A DNA stretch of 64,000 bases from Longimicrobiales bacterium (GTDB lineage: Bacteria; Gemmatimonadota; Gemmatimonadetes; Longimicrobiales; Gaopeijiaceae), in contig CBDBCF010000001.1 in assembly GCA_965202985.1 (NCBI GenBank), positions 1 to 64,000 of the forward strand, given 5' to 3'. Under the pieces are notes generated by a model. That model saw nothing but the letters and a program-made list of their open reading frames with translations, had not been told where the DNA came from and made no database searches. Made by a program: the position numbers and the translations under genes. Of this stretch, positions 10,964 through 19,362 are shown piece by piece. The number at the start of each line of letters is the position of its first letter. Position 1 is the stretch's first letter.

Positions 10964-12082
10964 CTAGCCTTCGGCCGCGACCGACTCCAACAGGTCCTCG
11001 AAGGCGAGCGCAGCCCGGTCCCAGGTGTACGCCTCGGCCATGGCTCGGGCGGCGCGGCCGAGCCGGTCGCGGACGGCCGGGTCCAGAAGTCGGGCCAGCG
11101 CGTCGGCCAGCGCCTCCACGTCTCCGTGGGGCACGAGAAGGCCGGTCTCGCCGTGGCGAACGGTCTCGCGCAGTCCGGGCGCGTCCGACGCGACGGTGGC
11201 GGTGCCGCACGCCGACGCCTCGACGCTTGCGATTCCCCAGCCCTCCTTGGGCGAGACGAAGGCATGGACCCACGAGCGCGACAGCAGCTCGCGCTTTTGC
11301 TCGTCGGACACGAAGCCGGCGAAGCGGACTTGGGCGTCGATGCCCAGCCGGCGGGCCGTCCGCTCCAGCCCTTCGCGAGCGTCTCCCTTGCCGGCGATCG
11401 CGACGTTCACGGTCGTGCCCCGGTCCCGGAGGACGGCCGCGGCGTGCAAGACCAGGTCGATCCCCTTGTAGCGCTTGAGGCGACCCAGGCAAACGACCGT
11501 GGGTACCGGGAACCGCTCCTGCGCGGGCCACAGGCGGTCCAACACGACGCCGTTCCGGATCACGGCGGTGCGCGAGGCCGCCAGACCGCGGCGGGTCAAG
11601 TCGTCCAGGGTGCTCTGGGAGACGGCCGCGCACGGCAGGCCCCGGTAGACCGACGGAATCGGGCGCTCCAGCAGCCAGGTGGCGGCGGCCAGAACCCAGT
11701 TGGCCTCGCGGAAGGCGGTGGCGCCGAAGAGGTGGTGGACCAGCAGGAGACGGGCGCGGGCGCGGACCCAAAGCGGGGCCAGCATGGGGACCTTGTTCAG
11801 GTCCTCGACCACTACGTCGAAGGGCTCGTCCGCCAAGCGGCGCTCGTAGTAGAGGGGGGCGGCCGCGCCGAAGGTGTACCGGCGCCCGGCCCGATGCACG
11901 CGGATGCCGTCCACCTCGGCGCGCCGAGGTGCGCCGCGCCATCCCGAGCAGAGCAGCGTGACTTGGTGACCTCGGGCGGCCAGTCGTCCGAAGACTTGAT
12001 GGAGCTGCTCCTCGGCGCCGCCGGCCAACGGGTTCCGGCGGTCCTGCCAGTTGACGACGAGCAGGCGCAGGCGAGCGCTCAC
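10964..12082 (-). CDS. Glycosyltransferase family 4
   Basis: LLVVNWQD..NP.AGGAE, GRLKRYKG and KEGWGIASVEASACG (E-x7-E) motifs; GTG at 12082 overlaps the upstream TGA. Confidence 0.9.
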   Translation of the reverse strand: MSARLRLLVVNWQDRRNPLAGGAEEQLHQVFGRLAARGHQVTLLCSGWRGAPRRAEVDGIRVHRAGRRYTFGAAAPLYYERRLADEPFDVVVEDLNKVPMLAPLWVRARARLLLVHHLFGATAFREANWVLAAATWLLERPIPSVYRGLPCAAVSQSTLDDLTRRGLAASRTAVIRNGVVLDRLWPAQERFPVPTVVCLGRLKRYKGIDLVLHAAAVLRDRGTTVNVAIAGKGDAREGLERTARRLGIDAQVRFAGFVSDEQKRELLSRSWVHAFVSPKEGWGIASVEASACGTATVASDAPGLRETVRHGETGLLVPHGDVEALADALARLLDPAVRDRLGRAARAMAEAYTWDRAALAFEDLLESVAAEG

Positions 12083-13092
12083 CGCGTGCGTTCGCTGCGC
12101 AGGACGCCGGCCAGAACGCCATTGACGAAGCGGGCGGACTCGTTGCCGCCGTACTGGTCCGCCAGCCGGACCGATTCCTGCAGGACGACCTTGCCCGGCA
12201 CGTCGGGGACGCAGACGATCTCGGTCGTGCCCAGCCGAAGGACGCCCCGGTCCATGAGCGACAGGCGGTCCATGCGCCAGTTGTCCAAGGCCGCCGTCAC
12301 GACTTCGTCGATCCGGGCGTGGTTCGCGCCGAACTCCTGCACCAGGCGTTCCAAGTAGGGCACTCTGCGAGGGGCGACGCGCCGGCGGGCCAACGTCGCG
12401 GACAGGGCTTGGTCCGGGCTGAGCGCCCCGCGCTCCGCCTCCCATCGGTAGTGAACGTGCAGGAACCACGCCCGCGACCGGCTTCGATCCCGCTTCTCCC
12501 GCGAAGGCTTGGCGTCGGCGGGGGCTTGGCGGGCTTGGGGCGGAGCCTGCGGTCCGGCAACCGACGGCGGGTCGGGGGCGCCGTCGGGCCGCACCAGGAC
12601 CTTCCATCGCCGGCGAGCCGTGTCGGATGGGCCGGAGAGCGACCGGAAGAGGGCCGCCATGTCCAGGGCCGCCTGGGCGAACTCGGCGCCCTTGTCGGCG
12701 TCGCCGCGGCCGACACGCGCCATGGCCTGCTCGGCGTCGTCGGTGGCCAGCACGCCGAAGACCACGGGGATCGGAGCGGCCAGGGCGACCTGTCCCAGGC
12801 CTTCGTTGGCCTGGGCCGCCACCAGCTCGAAGTGGGTCGTCTCGCCTCGGATGACGCACCCGATCGCCACCAGCGCGTCGTGCTTGCCCGAGTTCGCGAT
12901 CCGCTGCGCGGCCTGGGGAAGCTCCCAAGCCCCCGGCACCCGGTAGACGGAGATACGGCCAGCGGACACGCCTTGGGCCAGCAGGTGTTCGCGCGCGCCC
13001 TGCAGCAGCTGCTCGGTGATCATGCTGTTGAAGCGGGCAGCGAGCAGGGCGACCCGGAGTCGGCGCGGGGCGGTCGGCTCGGGCGGCGTCAT
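12079..13092 (-). CDS. ribH-nusB: Fused 6,7-dimethyl-8-ribityllumazine synthase (RibH) and transcription antitermination factor NusB
   Basis: N-terminal RibH motifs (ARFN, VPGAWELP, GCVIRGETTHF, PVVFGVL), a Pro/Ala linker, then NusB motifs (NWRMDRLSLMDRGVLRLG, ESVRLADQYG..ESARFVNGVL) in one frame. Confidence 0.85.
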   Translation of the reverse strand: MTPPEPTAPRRLRVALLAARFNSMITEQLLQGAREHLLAQGVSAGRISVYRVPGAWELPQAAQRIANSGKHDALVAIGCVIRGETTHFELVAAQANEGLGQVALAAPIPVVFGVLATDDAEQAMARVGRGDADKGAEFAQAALDMAALFRSLSGPSDTARRRWKVLVRPDGAPDPPSVAGPQAPPQARQAPADAKPSREKRDRSRSRAWFLHVHYRWEAERGALSPDQALSATLARRRVAPRRVPYLERLVQEFGANHARIDEVVTAALDNWRMDRLSLMDRGVLRLGTTEIVCVPDVPGKVVLQESVRLADQYGGNESARFVNGVLAGVLRSERTR

Positions 13093-14255
13093 GGGCGGGT
13101 CGCGGGGGCCGAGGGCAAGGCGACGGGGGAAGGGTCGTCGGCTTCGGCGGGCAGCGGCTCTCGACCTACGACCTCCAGGGCGTACCCGTCCAGCCCCACG
13201 ATGTGTCTCTTGCTGTTGGTGAGGAGCCTGACGGAAGCGAGCCCCAAGTCCAGCAGGATTTGAGCGCCGATCCCGTAGTCCCGCAACGCCTGTCGGGGAG
13301 CGACGGGAGCGGAGGATTCGCCGGCGGCGCCCCGAAGGCGATCGACCAGCCGTTCGCCCGCCCGGTCTCGGTGCAGGTAGACGACCACGCCCTCGCCTTC
13401 CTCGTGGATGCGTCGCATGGCCGCCGCCAGCAGCCCGCCCCCCGGCTCGTCCAGGCACGAGAACACGTCGCCCAAGGGGTTCGCGGCGTGCATCCGGACA
13501 AGAACGCCGGGCTTGCCCTCGACCGCGCCCTTGACCAGCGCCACGTGGACGCGGTCGTCGATCTCGCTCCGGTAGGCCGCGGCCTGGAAGTCGCCCCAGG
13601 CGGTGCGCAACGGCGCCTCTACCACCCTGCGCACCAGGCGCTCCCGCGCAAGGCGGTAGGCCACCAGCTGCTCGACCGTAATGAACTTGAGGCCGTGGTC
13701 GCGGGCCATGACCTCCAACTGGGCCCGGCGGGCCATGGTGCCGTCCCGGTTGAGGATCTCGCAGATGACGCCCGCGGGCGCGAGTCCGGCCAAGCGCGCC
13801 AAGTCCACCGCGGCTTCGGTCTGGCCCACGCGGCGCAGCACGCCTCCCCGGCGGGCGCGAAGGGGAAAGACGTGACCGGGGCGCCTCAGGTCGCTCGGGA
13901 CCGAGGCGGGGTCCACGAGCACTTCGATCGTCTTGGCCCGGTCGTGGGCGGAGATGCCCGTGGTCACGCCGAAGCGCCGGTGCGCGTCCACCGACACGGT
14001 GAAGGCTGTGCCCTGCGGGTCCGTGTTGCGGTCGGTCATGGGGGGCAGGTCCAGGGCGTCGGCGCGCTCCGGGTCCAGTGCGGCGCAGATGAGCCCGCGC
14101 CCGTGCCGAGTCATGAAGTTGACCAGCTCCGGCGTGATCTTCTCCGCCGCGCACACCAGGTCGCCCTCGTCCTCGCGGTCCTCGTCGTCGGCGACGATCA
14201 CCAGCTTGCCCGCGGCGACGTGGCGGACGGCGTCGGGAACGGTGTCAAGGGGCAT
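13089..14255 (-). CDS. ribB: 3,4-dihydroxy-2-butanone-4-phosphate synthase with a degenerate GTP cyclohydrolase II-like domain (RibBX type)
   Basis: DDEDREDEGD, AFTVSVDA, RRPGHVFPL and ICEILN.DG motifs. The C-terminal domain keeps RDYGIGAQIL/LLTN but lacks the Zn-binding Cys motif. Confidence 0.9.
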   Translation of the reverse strand: MPLDTVPDAVRHVAAGKLVIVADDEDREDEGDLVCAAEKITPELVNFMTRHGRGLICAALDPERADALDLPPMTDRNTDPQGTAFTVSVDAHRRFGVTTGISAHDRAKTIEVLVDPASVPSDLRRPGHVFPLRARRGGVLRRVGQTEAAVDLARLAGLAPAGVICEILNRDGTMARRAQLEVMARDHGLKFITVEQLVAYRLARERLVRRVVEAPLRTAWGDFQAAAYRSEIDDRVHVALVKGAVEGKPGVLVRMHAANPLGDVFSCLDEPGGGLLAAAMRRIHEEGEGVVVYLHRDRAGERLVDRLRGAAGESSAPVAPRQALRDYGIGAQILLDLGLASVRLLTNSKRHIVGLDGYALEVVGREPLPAEADDPSPVALPSAPATRP

Positions 14256-14895
14256 GGCCGGCGTCGGAGGCGGGTTGACGGAGGGCGGGCGGAAGCGGCC
14301 TCGACTCGAGGAACCTGCGAACGTACTTGCCCACCAAGTCCGCTTCCACGTTGACGGGCGTACCCGGCTCCAGGGCGGCGAAGTTGGTGTGCTCCCACGT
14401 ATGGGGCACCACGGCGACTTGGCAAACGCCGCCGTCCCCGTCGTCCCGCAGGTCGTTGACGGTCATGCTCACGCCGTTGAGAGCCACGGAGCCGTAGAGG
14501 ACGCTGCCGGCGTGAACGTCTTCGGGCAAGCGGAAGTCCAGGAGGCGGGTTGCGCCCTTGCGACGGCGTCCCAGGTAGGCGCCGACGCCGTCCACGTGCC
14601 CTTGGACCCAGTGGCCGTCCAGGCGGTCCCCGGCCCGGAGGCCGCGCTCCAGGTTGACGCGGGTGCCGACCTGGTAGCCGCCGGCGATGGTGCGCGCCAA
14701 GGTTGCGGCGCCGGCTTCCACGGCGAACGCGGATTCGCCGCAGGAACGGACGGTGAGGCAGGCGCCGTCCAGCGCCACCGACTGGCCGGCGACCATATCC
14801 CCCGCAAAGGGCGCCTCGACGAGGAGCGTTCGGGCCGCTTCACCCTCCCGCACCTCGGCGATCTTGCCGACCGCCTCGACGATCCCGGTGAACAC
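14245..14895 (-). CDS. ribE: Riboflavin synthase (alpha chain)
   Basis: MFTGIVE N-terminus; GACLTV, VNLER, GHWVQGHVDG and VNVEAD motifs. Confidence 0.95.
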   Translation of the reverse strand: MFTGIVEAVGKIAEVREGEAARTLLVEAPFAGDMVAGQSVALDGACLTVRSCGESAFAVEAGAATLARTIAGGYQVGTRVNLERGLRAGDRLDGHWVQGHVDGVGAYLGRRRKGATRLLDFRLPEDVHAGSVLYGSVALNGVSMTVNDLRDDGDGGVCQVAVVPHTWEHTNFAALEPGTPVNVEADLVGKYVRRFLESRPLPPALRQPASDAGHAP

Positions 14896-14896
14896 G

Positions 14897-16165
14897 TCAG
14901 CCTCGGGCGGCCGCGGCGGGGCCTGGGTCAGGCCGCTGCGAGCGCGGTCGGCGCTGGGGACGCGCCGGGGTTGCGGATCGGTCGCGGTCGAGCACGGTCA
15001 GCGTGTCGTTGCCGAAGCGGGTCGGCGGGGCGGCTAGCCTCCAGCCGCTGTGTTGCGTGGACGTCGGCTGGCCGGACAAAGGGGAGTTCGCGGGCAGGGG
15101 GGCGTTTGCGGCCGGAGGGGCGTTCGCGGTGAAAGGGGCGGCGGCGGCGAAGGGAAACGCGGGCGTGGCGTCGGGGCCCAGGAAGACGGGAGCGACGAAG
15201 TGGTAGAGGCGGTCCACCAAGTCGCCGGCGAGCAGGGAGGCCGCCACGCGCCCGCCACCTTCGCACAAGACGCTTGTCGCCCCGCGCCGTGCCAGGTCGC
15301 GAAGGAGGGCGTGCAGGTCCAGGCCGGGGCGGCCCTCCTTGGCAGGGGGAACGGCGGCGACTTCCGCGCGTCCCTTCAAGCGGTTGCGGAGGCGATGCGC
15401 ACGGTCGGGCGACGTGGCCACCAACGACGGTGCGCCGCAGTCCGGGTCCAGGGCGCGGGCCCGTTCCCCGATCCGGCCTTTCCGGTCCAGCAGCACGCGC
15501 AACGGGGGGATTCGGGGCGTCACCGGCCCGCGCGCCGTCAGCGACGGGTCGTCGGCCTGCCAAGTTCCCCGGCCCACCAGGACGGCGTCGAACCCGGCGC
15601 GAAGGCGGTGCACTTCGGTGCGGGCCTCGGGGCCGGTGAGCCACGTCCGGCGTCCTCCGGGAGGCGCGATGCCCCCGTCCAGACTCGCCGCCAGCTTGAG
15701 GGCAACGAAAGGTCGAGAAGGGCCAGCGGCGGCGTGGAAGAACGACGGGTTCTCGGCGGCCCACTCGCGCGGTTCGCCGAAGGGGCCGTCCACGCGCACG
15801 CCGGCCCGTTGGAGCCACTCGCCGCCGCCGCGGGCCAGCGGGCTCGGATCGGCGGCCCAGTACACCACGCGTGCCACGCCCGAGTCGCGCACGGCGGTCG
15901 TGCACGGGGGAGTCTTTCCAGAGTGGCGGCAGGGCTCCAGGCTACAGTACAGGGTGGCGCCTCGGGCGGCGTCGCCCAGTCCGGCCAAGGCGGCGGCCTC
16001 GGCGTGGGGGCCGCCGAACTCCTGGTGGTGAGCCTCGGCCAGCACCGTCCCGTCACGCGCCACGACCGCGCCCACCATGGGGTTGGGGTGAACGCGGCCC
16101 CACCCCCGGCGGCCCGCCCGGACCGCCTGGGCCAGCAAGCGCCGGTCGGCGTCTCCCAGTGTCAA
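14897..16165 (-). CDS. ribD: Bifunctional riboflavin deaminase/reductase
   Basis: PNPMVGAVV, HAE, LEPC.H.GKTPPC, LKLAASLDG and CEGG motifs; probable TTG start at 16165. Confidence 0.93.
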   Translation of the reverse strand: MTLGDADRRLLAQAVRAGRRGWGRVHPNPMVGAVVARDGTVLAEAHHQEFGGPHAEAAALAGLGDAARGATLYCSLEPCRHSGKTPPCTTAVRDSGVARVVYWAADPSPLARGGGEWLQRAGVRVDGPFGEPREWAAENPSFFHAAAGPSRPFVALKLAASLDGGIAPPGGRRTWLTGPEARTEVHRLRAGFDAVLVGRGTWQADDPSLTARGPVTPRIPPLRVLLDRKGRIGERARALDPDCGAPSLVATSPDRAHRLRNRLKGRAEVAAVPPAKEGRPGLDLHALLRDLARRGATSVLCEGGGRVAASLLAGDLVDRLYHFVAPVFLGPDATPAFPFAAAAPFTANAPPAANAPLPANSPLSGQPTSTQHSGWRLAAPPTRFGNDTLTVLDRDRSATPARPQRRPRSQRPDPGPAAAARG

Positions 16166-17265
16166 AGGGTCACGCGGAGCGCCGCCGCCGCGAACCAAGT
16201 GCGGCCGGCGGGGTCGAAGGCGCCGACCCGGTCCGGAAAGGGGTCCGCGGCGCCCTGGGCGATGCCCGCCTCCAGCGACAGTTGGGAGATCAGGAAGCTG
16301 TACCAGGCGGCGGCGAAGAGCAGGGTGCGGCCCGCGCGCACCCGTCCCTCGGCGGCGGCGGGCTCGCGTCCTCCCTGAGCGGCGGAGATGCGCGCGTCGC
16401 CCTCGTACCGATCCCAGCCGGCCCCCGCCATGACGCCCACCACGAACCAGTTCTTGCCCAGGGTCGCTCGGAACGAGGTCACGGCCAGCTCCGCCTCCAG
16501 CTCGCCGGCGTCCCCCTCGGAAACGGAGCCCGCGCGCACGGCGCCGTGCCAGCGGCGGACGGCAGACACGGAGAGGCCGGGCAGCGTGAACGACTCGCGC
16601 ACCAAGCCGAGACGGGCGCCGGCGCCGAAGCCGTGCGACGAGCCCCGGAAGCCCTGGCCGGCGGGCAGGCGAACGAAGGAGTAGGAGCCGACCAGGTCCA
16701 CGGAGAGCACGCCTCCCAGGTTGGGCATGAGCTGGAAGCCGTCCCACACGCCGGCCGCGGCGCCGACCCGCAGCCCCAGTAGCGAGGCCGTTTCCTGCGA
16801 CTGCAGCTCGCTCGTCGACGCGCCGCCCAGCCCGGGCATCTGCATCCGAGTCCCCGCGGCCGACAACGAGAGACCCAGCCGAGGCATGCGTCCCATCCGT
16901 CGGCCCAGGGTGCTGGGCGAACCGGGGATGTCGCTCCCCGCCGCGGACGCCAAGCCCACGCCGCGCTGCACCACCATGGCGCCGAGGGCCAGCTCGTTGC
17001 ACGCGGGCAGCAGCCCCGGGCGCCCCGTCGCGCACCGCGCGGCCAACTCCGTCACGCCGCGGACCGAGCTCTCGGGCACCGCCTGGGCGGCCAGGGGCGG
17101 CGCGGCCAACGCGATCGCAAGCGGCAGCCAAGCCGCCGACGGCAACCGAGCCGCCAACGGCGAGTCGGCCGGCAACCGCAACTCGGCGGTCGCGAGCACA
17201 TCCACCTGCGCCGGCGAGGCCTTCCCCGCGCGAGCCGTCTCGAGCGTCGCCAGCCTCCCGGTCAT
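16162..17265 (-). CDS. Hypothetical exported protein, probably an outer-membrane beta-barrel
   Basis: Signal-like segment WLPLAIALAAPPLAAQ, amphipathic beta-strands and C-terminus ...ALRVTL; overlaps both neighbours by ATGA/TTGA. Start uncertain. Confidence 0.6.
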   Translation of the reverse strand: MTGRLATLETARAGKASPAQVDVLATAELRLPADSPLAARLPSAAWLPLAIALAAPPLAAQAVPESSVRGVTELAARCATGRPGLLPACNELALGAMVVQRGVGLASAAGSDIPGSPSTLGRRMGRMPRLGLSLSAAGTRMQMPGLGGASTSELQSQETASLLGLRVGAAAGVWDGFQLMPNLGGVLSVDLVGSYSFVRLPAGQGFRGSSHGFGAGARLGLVRESFTLPGLSVSAVRRWHGAVRAGSVSEGDAGELEAELAVTSFRATLGKNWFVVGVMAGAGWDRYEGDARISAAQGGREPAAAEGRVRAGRTLLFAAAWYSFLISQLSLEAGIAQGAADPFPDRVGAFDPAGRTWFAAAALRVTL

Positions 17266-19358
17266 GCGACCCCCTCCAACTCGCCGATCCCCACCAAATC
17301 GACCGAATCGCCGGCCACCACTTCGCCCAGCGCCCAGGCGCCCTCCGGCAGCGCATCCAGCACGGCCTCCACGTCGCCCCGCCCCACGACCAAGATCATC
17401 CCCACCCCCATGTTGAAGACCCGGTACATCTCGTTCGCCTCCACGCTTCCCGCGCGAGCCAGCACGCGGAACACGTTCGGGACCGTCCACGACCGGCAGT
17501 CGATCCGGGCGCCCAGCCCCGGCGGCAGCACGCGCGGAAGATTGCCGGCGATTCCGCCGCCCGTCACGTGGGCCAGCGCCTTGAGCCGAGCGGGCTCGTC
17601 GTCGATCAGCCGGCCCACCGGATCCAGGTACGACCGGTGGACCCGCAGGAGGACATCGGCCACCGACGCGCCGTCCTCGCCGGGAAAGGCGTCGCCCACG
17701 TCCAGACGCATGCGCTCGAACACGATGGCTCGCGCCAGGGTGAATCCGTTGGTGTGCAGGCCGGACGAAGGCAACGCGATCAGCCGGTCGCCGGGGGCCG
17801 GGCCGGGCGAGGTCGATCCGGAACGGGCCAGGGCTTGGTCGGGGGCCACCGGGGCCGCGCCGGGATCGTTCGCCGCCGCAACGGCGCCGTCCGCGCCGGC
17901 GTTCCCCAGCAGCCTGCCCCGCTCCACCACGCCGACGACGAAGCCGGCCAAGTCGTATTCGCCCGCCCCGTAGAAGTCGGGCATCTGGGCCGTCTCGCCG
18001 CCCAGCAGCACACATCGGTTTTCTCGGCACGCACGCGCAACGCCCGCCACCACCTGGGCCACCACCCCCTCCTCCATGTCGCCCGTGGCCAAGTAGTCCA
18101 GGAAGAAGAGCGGGCGCGCGCCCTGCACCAAGACGTCGTTCACGCAGTGGTTGACCAGGTCCTGGCCCACGGTGTCGTGGCGGCCCGCGGCGAACGCCAC
18201 CTTGAGCTTGGTGCCCACGCCGTCGGCGCTCGCCACCAGGACCGGTTCGTCCAGCCCCGCCGGGAGCGCGTAGGCGCCCCCGAACGCGCCCATGGCGGAC
18301 AGCGTGTTGGCGTCGCGGGTGTCGGACAGAAGCCGTCCCAACGCGGACTTGGCCCGATCGGCGGCGTCCAGGTCCACCCCGGCGGCGTCGTAGGTGAGCG
18401 GCGGGTTCAACGACGCCGCCCGCGCTTCCACTTCGTCGCCGTCCAGTCCTCGAAAGCGGTCCACCGAGAACGCCTCCACCGCGCAGGACCCCATGACCGC
18501 GCCGTAGGCCATGGCCTGCTTCCAGTCGTCCCGCCGCCAAGACTGGTCCGGCGCCGGGTTCTGCGGTGCACCCGGCGACGCTTGCTCCTGCCTCGGGGGG
18601 GCGTGCCGCCGGCGAAGTTCCCGGTCCAGGTGTCCCAGGAAGCCGCCGGCGAAGGCGTCGCCCGCTCCCGTGGGGTCCACGACCGCGCTTGCAGGATGCG
18701 CGGGACACGAGAACGTCCAGCCGTCGGCGAACAGCACGGCGCCGCGCGCGCCCCGCTTCACCACGACCAAGGCGGGACCTCGATCCCGAATCCAGGCGGC
18801 GGCTCGGGACAGGTCGGCTTCGCCTGCCAACTGCCGGGCCTCTTCGTCGTTCACGAGCAGCACGTCCAGACGAGCCGCCAGCGCGAGCACGGCGTCGCGG
18901 GAGCGTTCGATCCAGTAGTTCATGGTGTCGGCGGCGACCAAGCGGGGCGACGCGATCTGGTCCAGAACGCCAAGTTGCAGGACGGGATCGATGTTGCCCA
19001 GGAAGACGACCTCCGAGTCCCGGTAGGCGTCCGGAACCACGGGGTCGAAGGCGCCGAAGACGCCCAAGCGGGTCTCCAGCGTCTCGCGCCGGGCAAAGTC
19101 GTCCGAGTATCGGCCCGCCCAGAAGAAGCTGGAGCCCTCCGCCCGTTCCAGCCCCTCGAAGTTCACGCCGGCCTCTTCCAGGAAGCGTAGCTGGTCCAGG
19201 GGATAGTCGTCCCCCACGACCGCGACGACCCGAACGTCCGTGAAGAACGAGGCGGACGCGCCGAAGAAGACCGCGGAGCCGCCGATGACGCCGTCCACGC
19301 GCGCCTGGGGGGTCTCCACGGCGTCCAGCGCCACGCTTCCCACGACCAGCAGCGACAC
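17262..19358 (-). CDS. purM: Fused PfkB-family carbohydrate/nucleoside kinase and phosphoribosylformylglycinamidine cyclo-ligase (PurM)
   Basis: N-terminal PfkB (GSVALD, DTMNYWI, VDPTGAGDAFAGG); C-terminal PurM (TYDAAGVD, DGVGTK, GGETAQMP, SSGLHTNG, AHVTGGG, VFNMGVG). Confidence 0.88.
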   Translation of the reverse strand: MSLLVVGSVALDAVETPQARVDGVIGGSAVFFGASASFFTDVRVVAVVGDDYPLDQLRFLEEAGVNFEGLERAEGSSFFWAGRYSDDFARRETLETRLGVFGAFDPVVPDAYRDSEVVFLGNIDPVLQLGVLDQIASPRLVAADTMNYWIERSRDAVLALAARLDVLLVNDEEARQLAGEADLSRAAAWIRDRGPALVVVKRGARGAVLFADGWTFSCPAHPASAVVDPTGAGDAFAGGFLGHLDRELRRRHAPPRQEQASPGAPQNPAPDQSWRRDDWKQAMAYGAVMGSCAVEAFSVDRFRGLDGDEVEARAASLNPPLTYDAAGVDLDAADRAKSALGRLLSDTRDANTLSAMGAFGGAYALPAGLDEPVLVASADGVGTKLKVAFAAGRHDTVGQDLVNHCVNDVLVQGARPLFFLDYLATGDMEEGVVAQVVAGVARACRENRCVLLGGETAQMPDFYGAGEYDLAGFVVGVVERGRLLGNAGADGAVAAANDPGAAPVAPDQALARSGSTSPGPAPGDRLIALPSSGLHTNGFTLARAIVFERMRLDVGDAFPGEDGASVADVLLRVHRSYLDPVGRLIDDEPARLKALAHVTGGGIAGNLPRVLPPGLGARIDCRSWTVPNVFRVLARAGSVEANEMYRVFNMGVGMILVVGRGDVEAVLDALPEGAWALGEVVAGDSVDLVGIGELEGVA

Positions 19359-19362
19359 GACG

